This document shows, piece after piece, positions 1-8,656 of a DNA stretch of 54,816 bases; positions within the stretch are counted from its first letter, which is position 1; each line of letters begins with the position of its first letter. The notes beneath the pieces are model-generated. The model ran no database searches. It was not told where the DNA came from and saw only the letters and a list, made by a program, of their open reading frames with translations. The DNA is from Chloroflexota bacterium (lineage in GTDB: Bacteria; Chloroflexota; Dehalococcoidia; JACQUD01): contig JACQUD010000032.1 of assembly GCA_016210485.1 (NCBI GenBank), positions 1-54,816 on the forward strand. The letters run 5' to 3'. The translations under genes were made by a program, and so were the position numbers.

Positions 1-60
1 GTTTAGCGCGCAGCGTTCGGGACGCTGAGGTCGGTGGTTCAAATCCACTCGCCCCGACCA
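1..60 (+). tRNA. tRNA-Pro(CGG), 5' end cut by window edge
   Basis: Anticodon arm CAGCG-TTCGGGA-CGCTG (anticodon CGG), T-arm GGTGG-TTCAAAT-CCACT, encoded CCA at 58-60. Confidence 0.95.
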
Positions 61-1039
61 TCCTCTTGGCCGGCTCTCGGCAGTCCTACAGGCCGTCAGA
101 TCCTGTGCCATCAAATACGATTTAGTCCTTTTGTTCTGACCTCTGGGAGAGGTGTTCGTATCTGTAGTAACGTCTTGTCCTAGGGCGTGCTAAAGAGTTC
201 GTTAGCAGAATGTTAGCAAAACCTGGAAGCGGGGATTTGGGAATAAGTTAGCACTTTGAGATTCAGGCAGGGTTGCAAGGAAAACTACGTGGCACGTTCT
301 TGCCTCATCGTCTGATAGGCGACCGCATCAGCCTGCGCGGGAGAATGCGCGTTTGCAAGTCGGAGAAGGATAATGTACGCTGTAAGCATATTGGTGCACC
401 GCAGGGGAGTGATGATGAAACGAGTTTTCGGCGATACAGACCGGATCAAGAAGATGGTGCGTGTTCCCGCGAAGAACACGCCGGGCGCTCAAGCGCAGGC
501 TGGGGCACCCGCAGGGCTCGTAGAGGCTATAAGAGGCTCACTGGCTGATGGCTTCCTGCCCTGTGCGGCGGCGTTCGGAATCGCCAAGAAGCTCAAGATC
601 CCTCTAGTTGTGGTCGGCGATGCCGCCGATGACATAGGCGTCAGGGTGGTCAATTGCCAACTCGGTTGCTTCAAGGTTGACAAGAGCGTCCACGATCTCG
701 TTGGAAAGACCGTCAGACCGGAACTGGCCGCAGCTGTCGAGTCCCATATCGCTAACGGTTCACTGACCTGCGCCGACGTATTCGGTCTAGCCAGGCGTCT
801 CAAAGTGCGCCCCATAGAAATCGCCGACGCTGCCAACCAGAGTCACACCAAGATCCACCACTGCCAGCTCGGCTGTTTCTAGCCAATAATACTTTTTTTG
901 TAGGTTGAATTGAGCGCACCGTTCTCTACTCGTTTGTCAAACCCCACTGAGAGTGCAATGTTTCCTCCGCTCATCCCTTTCATCTTAGGCTCCTTGGGCG
1001 GTGTTCCCTGGGCCTGGGTGAGATGGCGCTCGCCCCGAC
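48..1039. mobile_element. Putative integrase-less mini-islet at the tRNA-Pro 3' end (attL 48-58, attR 1029-1039)
   Basis: CTCGCCCCGAC at 48-58 (tRNA 3' end) recurs at 1029-1039, each followed by a similar ATYYTCT; GTTAGCA direct repeats at 201, 212 and 247; one cargo ORF. Confidence 0.55.
412..882 (+). CDS. Hypothetical protein with tandem duplicated Cys-containing domain (LxC...CQLGCF twice)
   Basis: ORF 373..882; SD AGGGGAG at 403-409 favours ATG 412/415; two internal repeats each ending CQLGCF. Confidence 0.8.
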   Translation: MMKRVFGDTDRIKKMVRVPAKNTPGAQAQAGAPAGLVEAIRGSLADGFLPCAAAFGIAKKLKIPLVVVGDAADDIGVRVVNCQLGCFKVDKSVHDLVGKTVRPELAAAVESHIANGSLTCADVFGLARRLKVRPIEIADAANQSHTKIHHCQLGCF

Positions 1040-1097
1040 ATTTCTCTGACCGAAGTCATTGGGCAGTAGACAAGAGTTAGAGAGGGAGAGACCCTAT

Positions 1098-1235
1098 ATG
1101 AGAGCACTCAAAGCAGCGTTGGCGCTGGTCATCACGTTTCTAATAACGGGAGGTATCCTCCTGCTCATCCTGGCTCTATTGCTCTTGGCTAGGCTGACCG
1201 AGTTCTTGCCCCGGAGGAAACTGGGGGCTGCCTGA
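1098..1235 (+). CDS. Putative 45-aa single-pass membrane peptide (below ORF-track cutoff)
   Basis: AGAGGGAG SD at 1081-1088, ATG 1098, TGA 1233-1235; [45 protein letters not shown]; convergent overlap with the trmD tail. Confidence 0.45.
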   Translation: MRALKAALALVITFLITGGILLLILALLLLARLTEFLPRRKLGAA

Positions 1236-2009
1236 GCCCCCCGTTCCCGGCTGCCTGGCTCTCTTCGCCTCCGCCTGCCACCGCTCGATGAGGCGCCGCT
1301 CGTTGGAAGTGAGCTGGGCGAGGGATAGGAGGTCGGGGCGGCGCTCCCAGGTCCGTCGCAAGGACTGGAGGCGGCGCCACTTGGCCACCTCTTCGTGGTT
1401 GCCGGAGAGGAGTTCCGACGGCACTTCCCATCCCTGAAATATAGTGGGCCGGGTATACTGAGGGTGCTCCAGGATGCCGGCGACGAAGGAATCCTCCCCT
1501 GCCGCCGCCCCCACCACCTCGGGAAGCAGCCTGACTACGGCATCCACCACCACCATGGCTGCCGGTTCCCCGCCGGTGAGCACGTAGTCGCCTATGCTGA
1601 GCTCGTCGGTGGCCAGATGCTGCCTCACCCGCTCGTCCACCCCTTCGTAGTGGCCGCAGAGGAGCAGGAAGCCCGGGAGATGAGACAGCTCCTGGGCCAC
1701 CCGGTGGCTGAAGGGGCGGCCCTGGGGAGTGAGCAGGATGACAGGGATACGGGCCTCAGCCCCCAACTCCTCCGACATCTCTTTGAGGGCAGCCTCCGCC
1801 GCCGAGAAAAGGGGCTCTGGCTTGAGGACCATCCCCGGGCCTCCGCCGTAGGGGTAGTCGTCCACCATCCGGTGCCGGCCCAGGCCGTGCTCCCGTAAAT
1901 TGTGCAGCACAATCTTGACCTGGCCCTGGGCAACCGCTCTGGCCAGGATACTCTCCCGGAAGACCCCGGCGAACATTCCGGGGAATAGAGTGATTATATC
2001 AATTCGCAT
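1176..2009 (-). CDS. trmD: tRNA (guanine37-N1)-methyltransferase
   Basis: [10 protein letters not shown] start, [52 protein letters not shown] motifs. Confidence 0.97.
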   Translation of the reverse strand: MRIDIITLFPGMFAGVFRESILARAVAQGQVKIVLHNLREHGLGRHRMVDDYPYGGGPGMVLKPEPLFSAAEAALKEMSEELGAEARIPVILLTPQGRPFSHRVAQELSHLPGFLLLCGHYEGVDERVRQHLATDELSIGDYVLTGGEPAAMVVVDAVVRLLPEVVGAAAGEDSFVAGILEHPQYTRPTIFQGWEVPSELLSGNHEEVAKWRRLQSLRRTWERRPDLLSLAQLTSNERRLIERWQAEAKRARQPGTGGSGSPQFPPGQELGQPSQEQ

Positions 2010-2511
2010 GGGGCTGGCTCGGCGGCGTCCCAGTGTGCTCCGTTACATCGCCTCGGAGGATCTCCAGCCCGTGGCCCAGGGCGGGGAGGATGGCCTCCAG
2101 GCTCTCCCTCACCCCTTTGGGGCTGCCCGGAAGATTCACGATGAGGGTCCGGCCCCGGACGCCGGCCACGCCCCGGCTGAGCATGGCCATGGGGGTCTTA
2201 CTCAGGCCCTGGGCGCGCATGGCCTCGGCCAAGCCCGGGACAGGCCTCTCGACGACCGACTGAGTGGCCTCGGGGGTGACATCCCGAGGCCCCAGGCCGG
2301 TGCCGCCGGTGGTCAGGATGAGGTCTAGCCCCTCCTTGGCCCAGCGCCGGAGGCGGCTGGCGATGGCGTCCCTCTCGTCGGGGACTACCTCGTAGCGGAC
2401 CTCCTGGAACCCCATGGGGAGGAGCATCTCCCGGATGACCTGGCCGCTGGTATCCTCCCGCTCCCCCCGGGAGCCTTTATCGCTGGCCGTCAGAATGCCC
2501 AGGGTGAACAT
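1999..2511 (-). CDS. MogA/MoaB-family molybdopterin adenylyltransferase
   Basis: [39 protein letters not shown] motifs; likely start MFTLGIL at 2511. Confidence 0.93.
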   Translation of the reverse strand: MFTLGILTASDKGSRGEREDTSGQVIREMLLPMGFQEVRYEVVPDERDAIASRLRRWAKEGLDLILTTGGTGLGPRDVTPEATQSVVERPVPGLAEAMRAQGLSKTPMAMLSRGVAGVRGRTLIVNLPGSPKGVRESLEAILPALGHGLEILRGDVTEHTGTPPSQPHAN

Positions 2512-2622
2512 TATAGCCTCCGCTGGCTCCATCATAGCATAGCTGGCAGAGGGGATGAAGGCCAAAACACAAATTGTTCAGGGCGCTATATGCTATCTTA
2601 GAAGACTGAGAGTTAAGAAGAG

Positions 2623-3501
2623 ATGTCTCCAAGCCAGCTGACCCACATCCCTGTCCTCCTGAACGAGGTCCTGGCGGGTCTCCAGGTGCGCCCCGGGGGC
2701 CGCTACGTAGACGCCACGTTGGGGGCCGGGGGCCACGCCCAGGCCATCCTGGAGATCTGCTCGCCGGGGGGCAGGCTCCTAGGGCTGGACGCTGACCCCC
2801 AGGCCGTGGCCCTGGCTCAGGGGCGGCTGGAGAAGTTCGGCCCGGCGGCCACGCTGGTTTGCCGGAATTTTAGAGAACTGGCCGATGTCTGCCAGGAGCA
2901 TGGCTTCCACCCTGTGGATAGCATCCTCTTCGACCTGGGCCTCTCCTCCCTTCAACTGGAGGCCGAGGAGAGGGGTTTCAGCTTCCAGAGGGAAGGCCCC
3001 CTGGACATGCGCTTCGGCCCCGACCAGGAGCTCACTGCCGCCGACATCGTCAACACCTACTCTGAGCTGGAGCTGACCCGGCTCCTGGAAACCTACGGCG
3101 AGGAGCACCAGGCTCGCCTCATCGCCCGGCGCTTTGTCCGGTGCCGGCCCCTGAGGACCACCCTGGAGCTGGCGGAGGCCGTCGCTCAGGCCACAGGCGG
3201 TCGGCACGGGCGCATCCACCCTGCCACCAGGACCTTCCAGGCCCTGCGCATCGCCGTCAACAGCGAGCTGGAGAGCCTGGAGTTGGCTCTGAAGCAAGCG
3301 CCCGACTTGCTCAGAGAAGGGGGAAGGTTGGCCGTCATCGCTTACCACTCCCTGGAGGACCGTCCGGTGAAGCAGTTCCTGCGTCGGACGCACTCCCTGA
3401 GGCCCGTCAACAAAAAGGTGCTCCGGCCCTCTCGAGAGGAAGTGATGCGAAATCCTCGTAGTCGCAGCGCCCGGATGAGGGTGGCGGAGCGGGTTTTTTG
3501 A
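2623..3501 (+). CDS. rsmH: 16S rRNA m4C1402 methyltransferase
   Basis: [59 protein letters not shown]. Confidence 0.97.
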   Translation: MSPSQLTHIPVLLNEVLAGLQVRPGGRYVDATLGAGGHAQAILEICSPGGRLLGLDADPQAVALAQGRLEKFGPAATLVCRNFRELADVCQEHGFHPVDSILFDLGLSSLQLEAEERGFSFQREGPLDMRFGPDQELTAADIVNTYSELELTRLLETYGEEHQARLIARRFVRCRPLRTTLELAEAVAQATGGRHGRIHPATRTFQALRIAVNSELESLELALKQAPDLLREGGRLAVIAYHSLEDRPVKQFLRRTHSLRPVNKKVLRPSREEVMRNPRSRSARMRVAERVF

Positions 3502-3528
3502 GTATTCGGCAATCCCTTGTTTGAAGTA

Positions 3529-3557
3529 TTGACACAGCCGAGTTTGTATGTTAGCGT
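3529..3557 (+). promoter_or_regulatory. Sigma70-type promoter of the blaI-like gene
   Basis: TTGACA (3529-3534), 17 nt spacer, TAGCGT (3552-3557), with TG extension at 3549-3550. Confidence 0.65.
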
Positions 3558-3558
3558 T

Positions 3559-3574
3559 CTACTACACATGGTAG
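3559..3574. promoter_or_regulatory. BlaI/CopY-type operator, copy 1
   Basis: CTACTACACATGGTAG (CTAC-N5-GTAG inverted repeat) overlapping the predicted +1 of the repressor gene. Confidence 0.65.
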
Positions 3575-3605
3575 GAATCAGCAGGCAGAAGGGATCTTCG
3601 CCCAG

Positions 3606-4031
3606 GTGAGGCCCAGATTTCGATTCCGACCGCAGGCTAAGGGTTTGGCCACGGTGCTGGGTGGCCGGGAGGCTGAGATCATGGAGGCCCTGTGGCGGGA
3701 GTCGCCGGCCTCGGTGTCCCAGATGCATCAGGCGCTCAGCCGGCGTCAGAAGGTGGCCTATACCACTATCATGACCATCATGTCCCGGATGGCGCAAAAA
3801 GGGCTTCTGGCCCGCACCCGCTCGGGGAACGCCTACCTTTACTCGCCCGCTATCTCCAAAGAGGATTTCCAGCGCCAGGTGGTGGAGGGGGTGGTGGACA
3901 GCCTCATGGAAGGGTTCACCCAGCCGGCCATGTCCTACTTCATGGAGCGCCTGTCGCGCCAGGATGAGACCATCCTTGAGGAGTTGGAGCGCCTCATCCA
4001 AATGAGGCGGCCGCCAAAACAGGAGCCCTGA
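3606..4031 (+). CDS. BlaI/MecI/CopY-family transcriptional repressor
   Basis: LGGREAEIMEALW, VAYTTIMTIMSRMAQKGLL, R-x-G-x-AYLY winged-helix motifs. Confidence 0.93.
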   Translation: MRPRFRFRPQAKGLATVLGGREAEIMEALWRESPASVSQMHQALSRRQKVAYTTIMTIMSRMAQKGLLARTRSGNAYLYSPAISKEDFQRQVVEGVVDSLMEGFTQPAMSYFMERLSRQDETILEELERLIQMRRPPKQEP

Positions 4032-4033
4032 GA

Positions 4034-5014
4034 ATGTTCCACGCGGGGTCATGGCTGGAGTCGCTAAACATCTACATAGTGGAGAATATCGTCCACTCCG
4101 CTGTGGCCCTGGGGTTGGTCTGGTTGATCCTGGCCCTTTTCAAAATCAAGGAGCCGGCTCTAAGAATTAAGTTCCTCCTGCTACCCCTGGCGCTCCCCAT
4201 TTTCACCCCCATCCTGTTCTACCTGCTTTTCCCTCAGCGCCAGGGCATGTCGGTGCTCCCTGTAGATAAAATGCTAAACCTGAGAGCTGCCTTCCCTGAC
4301 CCGGCGCTCTGGAAAGCGGTTAGCTCCCTCCTGACCGCGGCCCTCCTGGTTGTAGCTGCCTTCCTCCTCCTGAAGGGGGCCCTCAGCCTTTTCTCTTTGC
4401 TGTGGCTGCCCAGGCGGTTCCGCCAGATAAAAAAGGGAGAGAATAGCCAGCTAGATGCCATCCTGGAGACCGATGGTGCCCGTGCCGGCAACAGAAGGCC
4501 GAAAGTCTTGCTCTCCCCCTCCTCGGAAGTGCTCTGCTGCTCTTTCGGGCTGGTCAAGCCCTATCTACTCATATCTTACGGCCTGCTCCTGCGCCTGAAC
4601 GACTCCCAGATAGAAGCGGTCGTGGCCCACGAGGTGGGACATATCCGGCGACGGGACGGGTGGCTGGGCTTCGCCCTGGTTACTCTGCGACACATCCTTT
4701 TCTTCAATCCGGTGGTCCACCTGGTCAGCCGACGCCTTCGACTGGAGTCGGAGATGGCCGCCGACGATGCGGCCCTGGGCCGCGGCCTGGACCGCTCAAC
4801 CTACGCTCAAACTCTGGTAGCGGTGTGCCGGCTCGCCGCCGCGCCCCAGGCCGCTCACCTTGGCTGGAGCGCCTTCTCCGCTGGAGCCTGGGCACTGAGG
4901 AGGCGAGTGGAACATGTCCTGGAGCCTGGCTCTATCTCCGGGTCGAGCTATCAGCGCTGGCTGCCCGTGCCCATGGCGGTCGGGCTTCTGGTCATCCTCT
5001 TCTTCCTGTGCTGA
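4034..5014 (+). CDS. BlaR1/M56-family membrane zinc metallopeptidase without a penicillin-binding sensor domain
   Basis: N-terminal TM helices, AVVAHEVGHIRRRD (HExxH), FFNPVV, EMAADD; directly follows the repressor. Confidence 0.9.
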   Translation: MFHAGSWLESLNIYIVENIVHSAVALGLVWLILALFKIKEPALRIKFLLLPLALPIFTPILFYLLFPQRQGMSVLPVDKMLNLRAAFPDPALWKAVSSLLTAALLVVAAFLLLKGALSLFSLLWLPRRFRQIKKGENSQLDAILETDGARAGNRRPKVLLSPSSEVLCCSFGLVKPYLLISYGLLLRLNDSQIEAVVAHEVGHIRRRDGWLGFALVTLRHILFFNPVVHLVSRRLRLESEMAADDAALGRGLDRSTYAQTLVAVCRLAAAPQAAHLGWSAFSAGAWALRRRVEHVLEPGSISGSSYQRWLPVPMAVGLLVILFFLC

Positions 5015-5030
5015 AATTTTTTGCCTCAAA

Positions 5031-5046
5031 CTACTACATAGCGTAG
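5031..5046. promoter_or_regulatory. BlaI/CopY-type operator, copy 2
   Basis: CTACTACATAGCGTAG, 13/16 identical to 3559-3574, upstream of the cytochrome c gene. Confidence 0.6.
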
Positions 5047-5160
5047 CAAATTCGCTGGAAGAAAAAAGGAAAGGGAACAGAAACGAGGTGAAGAAAGATG
5101 GGCCCTTGACTTAAGTTAAGACAAACTTTCCCAGCACCAAAATATTTTATGAGGTGACAG

Positions 5161-6045
5161 ATGAGTAAGAAAGGATACCTATTGGCTGTTCTTGGAGTTC
5201 TGGTCCTGGTGGCAGGGGTGCTCATTTTGGGGGCATGCACCGGGGCCCAAGGTACTCAGGGACCCCAGGGAGAGCGCGGGCCTCAGGGTGAGCGGGGACT
5301 CCAGGGGTCTCCAGGGACTACCCCTTCCCAGGCAGAGCTCAAAGCCCTCATCGCTGAGGTCTTGAGAGGAACACCCTCAACGGTGGCCGCCATCGCCAGG
5401 GGAGGCCGGCTCTACGATAACTGGGTGGAGGAGACCAAGGCTACTGCCCCGGCGAGCAATCAGCCCCTGTGGGCGCTCCAGACCACTAATGCCAGGACCG
5501 GCATAGACACCTGGCGATGCAAGGAATGCCACGGCTGGGACTACAAAGGAAAGGGAGGCGCTTATAGCAAAGGCTCCCATTACACCGGGTTTGTCGGCGT
5601 CTACGATGCCGGCACCTCCAAGTCACAAGAGCAGCTCTTGGGCATTCTGAAGGGGGCTACCAACGCCCGGCATGACTTCTCCCAAGTGCTCGACGAGCAA
5701 TCCCTCAACGAGTTGGCTGCCTTCCTTAGCCAGGGCCTGATAAACGAGACGGCGTATATAGATTACGCCACCAAGAAGCCTATCGGGGGGACCGCCACTA
5801 ATGGTGCTCAGCTTTATAGCGGTGTCTGCGCTGCCTGCCACGGCGCCGATGGCAAGCAGATAAACTTCGGCAGCGCCGAGGAGCCAGAATACGTGGGCAC
5901 CGTTGCCGCAGATAACCCCTGGGAGTTCCTGAACAAGGTGCGCTATGGCCAGCCAGGCACTACCATGCCATCTGGTTTGGTAAGTGGCTGGAATCTACAG
6001 AACGTTATGGATGTGCTGGCCTACGCTCAAACGCTATCCCAATAG
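5161..6045 (+). CDS. Di-haem c-type cytochrome lipoprotein with collagen-like linker
   Basis: Lipobox ILGAC, about 8 Gly-X-Y triplets, CKECH and CAACH haem-binding motifs, C-terminal MP candidate axial Met; SD GAGGTG. Confidence 0.9.
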   Translation: MSKKGYLLAVLGVLVLVAGVLILGACTGAQGTQGPQGERGPQGERGLQGSPGTTPSQAELKALIAEVLRGTPSTVAAIARGGRLYDNWVEETKATAPASNQPLWALQTTNARTGIDTWRCKECHGWDYKGKGGAYSKGSHYTGFVGVYDAGTSKSQEQLLGILKGATNARHDFSQVLDEQSLNELAAFLSQGLINETAYIDYATKKPIGGTATNGAQLYSGVCAACHGADGKQINFGSAEEPEYVGTVAADNPWEFLNKVRYGQPGTTMPSGLVSGWNLQNVMDVLAYAQTLSQ

Positions 6046-6072
6046 TAAGAACGCCTCTTAGTGGCGTAATCC

Positions 6073-6110
6073 GAGAGGCCTGGCCAATAGGCCAGGCCTC
6101 TCACTTTCTT
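6073..6110 (+). terminator. Intrinsic terminator after the cytochrome c gene
   Basis: GAGAGGCCTGGCC-AATA-GGCCAGGCCTCTC perfect 13-bp stem followed by ACTTTCTT. Confidence 0.85.
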
Positions 6111-6195
6111 CCAGAGGCGGTGTTGCCTTGACCCAGCGCCCATGCTAATATACATTCAATTCCACTAAAACATCGGATTGGCATCGAGGCGTAAG

Positions 6196-6564
6196 ATGAA
6201 GTGCCGAGGCATTCGTGGGGCCACTACGGTGGAAAGCAACACCAAAGAAGCCCTGGCCGCCGCCACCAAGGAGTTGCTGGGAAAGCTGGAGGAGGCCAAT
6301 CAGGTCCGTAGAGAGGACGTGGCCTTCATCTACTTCACCACTACCCATGACCTGAACGCCTCTTTCCCGGCGGCCACTGCCCGGGAGATGGGCTGGACCG
6401 ATGTCGCCCTCCTCTGTGGCCACGAAATGAATGTACCAGGCAGTCTGGCCCGATGCCTACGCATTTTGCTTCTGGTCAATACCGAGAAGCGACCGGAGGA
6501 ACTGGTGCACATTTATATCCGGGGGGCGAAGAACCTCAGAAGCTGGGAGCGCCCCCCAGGATAG
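6196..6564 (+). CDS. aroH: AroH-type chorismate mutase
   Basis: [46 protein letters not shown]. Confidence 0.93.
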   Translation: MKCRGIRGATTVESNTKEALAAATKELLGKLEEANQVRREDVAFIYFTTTHDLNASFPAATAREMGWTDVALLCGHEMNVPGSLARCLRILLLVNTEKRPEELVHIYIRGAKNLRSWERPPG

Positions 6565-6587
6565 CGAGGGCAGAACGGAGAAAGAGA

Positions 6588-7646
6588 ATGATTGTCGTCA
6601 TGAAAGTAGGCCACACCACGGAGGAGCTGGACGGGGTGGTGGCTCGGATAACCGAAGCCGGCTTCAGAAGCAACCTTTCTCGCGGTGTTGAGCACACCGT
6701 GGTGGGCGTGGTGGGCCAGCCCCCTCCGGACCTCAAGGATGACCTGGAGGTCCTGGCCGGGGTGGAGGACGTCATCCCCATCACCAAGCCCTATAAGCTA
6801 GCCAGCCGCGACTTCCAACCTGTGGACACCCTAATCCAGATGAAAGATGTGGTCATCGGCGGACCGGAGTTAGTGGTCATGGCCGGGCCCTGCGCCGTGG
6901 AGACGGAGGAGCAGGTGATGGCCACAGCCAAGGCAGTGAAGGCCGCCGGGGCCCACATCCTCAGAGGTGGCGCCTACAAGCCCCGCACCTCACCCTACCA
7001 GTTCCGGGGCCTGGGGGAGGCGGGCCTCAGAATCCTGGCCCTGGCCCGCCAGGAGACGGGTCTGCCCATCATCACCGAGGTGATGGCTCCCGAGGACGTG
7101 GAACTGGTGAGCCGCTACACCGACATCCTCCAGGTCGGGGCGCGCAATATCCAGAATTTCCCTCTGCTGGACGAGGTGGGCAAGGCCCATAAGCCGGTGA
7201 TGCTCAAGAGGGGCATGTCCACCACCTATCAGGAGTGGCTCCTCTCCGCGGAATACATCCTGGCCCAGGGCAACAAGCAGGTCATGCTCTGCGAACGAGG
7301 CATCCGCACCTTCGAGACCTACACCCGGAACACCCTGGATGTCAATGCCATCCCCGTCATCCAGAAGCTCTCCCACCTGCCGGTCATCGCCGACCCCTCC
7401 CACGGGACGGGGAAATGGTATCTGGTAACGCCGGCAGCCCTGGCGGCGGTGGCCGCGGGGGCCGACGGCCTGCTCATCGAGGTCCACCCCTCCCCGGACC
7501 ACGCCCTGGCCGACGGCGCCCAGTCCCTTACCTTTGAGAACTTCCAAGCCTTGATGGAGAAAGTGGCCCAGGTGGCCCAAGCAGTAGGCAAACCCCTGGC
7601 CAAAACCTCGGCCAACGCAATCCAATCCCAGAGAAAGCGTGCCTGA
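6588..7646 (+). CDS. aroF: DAHP synthase (type I-beta) with N-terminal regulatory domain
   Basis: MIVVMK start, [43 protein letters not shown]. Confidence 0.95.
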   Translation: MIVVMKVGHTTEELDGVVARITEAGFRSNLSRGVEHTVVGVVGQPPPDLKDDLEVLAGVEDVIPITKPYKLASRDFQPVDTLIQMKDVVIGGPELVVMAGPCAVETEEQVMATAKAVKAAGAHILRGGAYKPRTSPYQFRGLGEAGLRILALARQETGLPIITEVMAPEDVELVSRYTDILQVGARNIQNFPLLDEVGKAHKPVMLKRGMSTTYQEWLLSAEYILAQGNKQVMLCERGIRTFETYTRNTLDVNAIPVIQKLSHLPVIADPSHGTGKWYLVTPAALAAVAAGADGLLIEVHPSPDHALADGAQSLTFENFQALMEKVAQVAQAVGKPLAKTSANAIQSQRKRA

Positions 7647-8487
7647 GACCGGCGGCCTCCTCTTCGGCCCGGCCGGCATCCCTCTGAGCGCCAAAGGGGG
7701 CACCACCCAGGACGGGATAGAGCGGGTGGCCGAGCTGGGCCTGGGCTGCCTGGAGATAGAGTTCGTCCAGGGGGTGCGAATGGGCACCCAGACAGCTAAA
7801 GAGGTGGGCCAGGCGGCCCAGGAACATGGAGTGGCATTGAGCGCCCACGCCCCCTACTACATCAACCTCAACGCCCATGAGCCGGAGAAGCTCCTGGCCT
7901 CCCAGGAACGCATCCTCCAGACAGCCCGCATCGGCGCCCTCTGCGGAGCCGGGAACATCACCTTCCACCCCGCTTTCTACCTGGGCGACCCTCCATCCAT
8001 GGTCTTAGATAAGGTGAAAGTGGCCCTGGCCGAGGTAGTGGCCGCCCTCCGCGCCGAAGGAAATAAGGTGCGCCTCCGCCCCGAGGTCATGGGCAAGCCC
8101 TCCCAGTTCGGCACCATAGACGAGCTCCTGGAGCTCTCCGCAGGGCTGGATGGGGTGGAGCCGACCTACGATGTCTCCCACTGGCACGCCCGCACCGGGG
8201 CCTTCAACACCTATGGAGAGTTCCTGGCCTTCTTCCGAAAGGTGGAAGATAAGCTGGGCCGCAAGGCGGCCCTGGAGCATGTGCTCCTCCATGTGTCAGG
8301 CATAGACTACGGCATGAAAGGGGAGCGCAAACACCTGGTGCTGGCCAACGCCGACTTCAACTATCGAGACCTGCTCCGGGCGCTCAGGGATCTAAGAGTA
8401 CAGGGCCTCATCATCTGTGAGAGCCCCAACCTGGAGGAGGATGCCTTGCTGCTGAAGCAGACATACCAAGAGATGGGGCTGACCTAG
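7639..8487 (+). CDS. nfo: Endonuclease IV-family TIM-barrel protein (archaeal/Chloroflexota type)
   Basis: [50 protein letters not shown]. Confidence 0.85.
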   Translation: MPETGGLLFGPAGIPLSAKGGTTQDGIERVAELGLGCLEIEFVQGVRMGTQTAKEVGQAAQEHGVALSAHAPYYINLNAHEPEKLLASQERILQTARIGALCGAGNITFHPAFYLGDPPSMVLDKVKVALAEVVAALRAEGNKVRLRPEVMGKPSQFGTIDELLELSAGLDGVEPTYDVSHWHARTGAFNTYGEFLAFFRKVEDKLGRKAALEHVLLHVSGIDYGMKGERKHLVLANADFNYRDLLRALRDLRVQGLIICESPNLEEDALLLKQTYQEMGLT

Positions 8488-8577
8488 AATTATCGGATAT
8501 TATGAAGAGGACTTAGTAGAACCTTATTTTACCCACCCACTTTTAGAAGATCGGCTCCTATAAGCCCTGGGGGCTCG

Positions 8578-8630
8578 GGGGCACTGCCCCAGAACGTAAC
8601 TTGGGCGGGTGGGTGGGAAAGGAAAACATC
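8578..8630 (+). repeat. Hairpin + G-quadruplex dispersed element, copy 1
   Basis: GGGGC-ACT-GCCCC, 12 nt, GGGCGGGTGGGTGGG (8603-8617), AAAGGAAAACATC. Confidence 0.75.
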
Positions 8631-8656
8631 GCTTCAAAGCTTTTAAGGAGAGCAGC

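Noticed and set aside
187-256. TGCTAA / TTAGCA half-sites resembling CIRCE
   Set aside because: Wrong order and spacing for TTAGCACTC-N9-GAGTGCTAA and no heat-shock gene follows; treated as arm-type repeats instead.
290-303. TGGCACGTTCTTGC as a sigma54 promoter
   Set aside because: GG-to-GC spacing is 9 nt, whereas sigma54 requires 10.
958-1080. 40-aa ORF MFPPLIPFILG...
   Set aside because: No clear SD, crosses the putative attR, no recognisable motif.
5242-5316. Short GGxCCxCAG repeats as CRISPR or VNTR
   Set aside because: They are in-frame Gly-X-Y codons of the collagen-like linker; no spacers or cas genes anywhere in the window.
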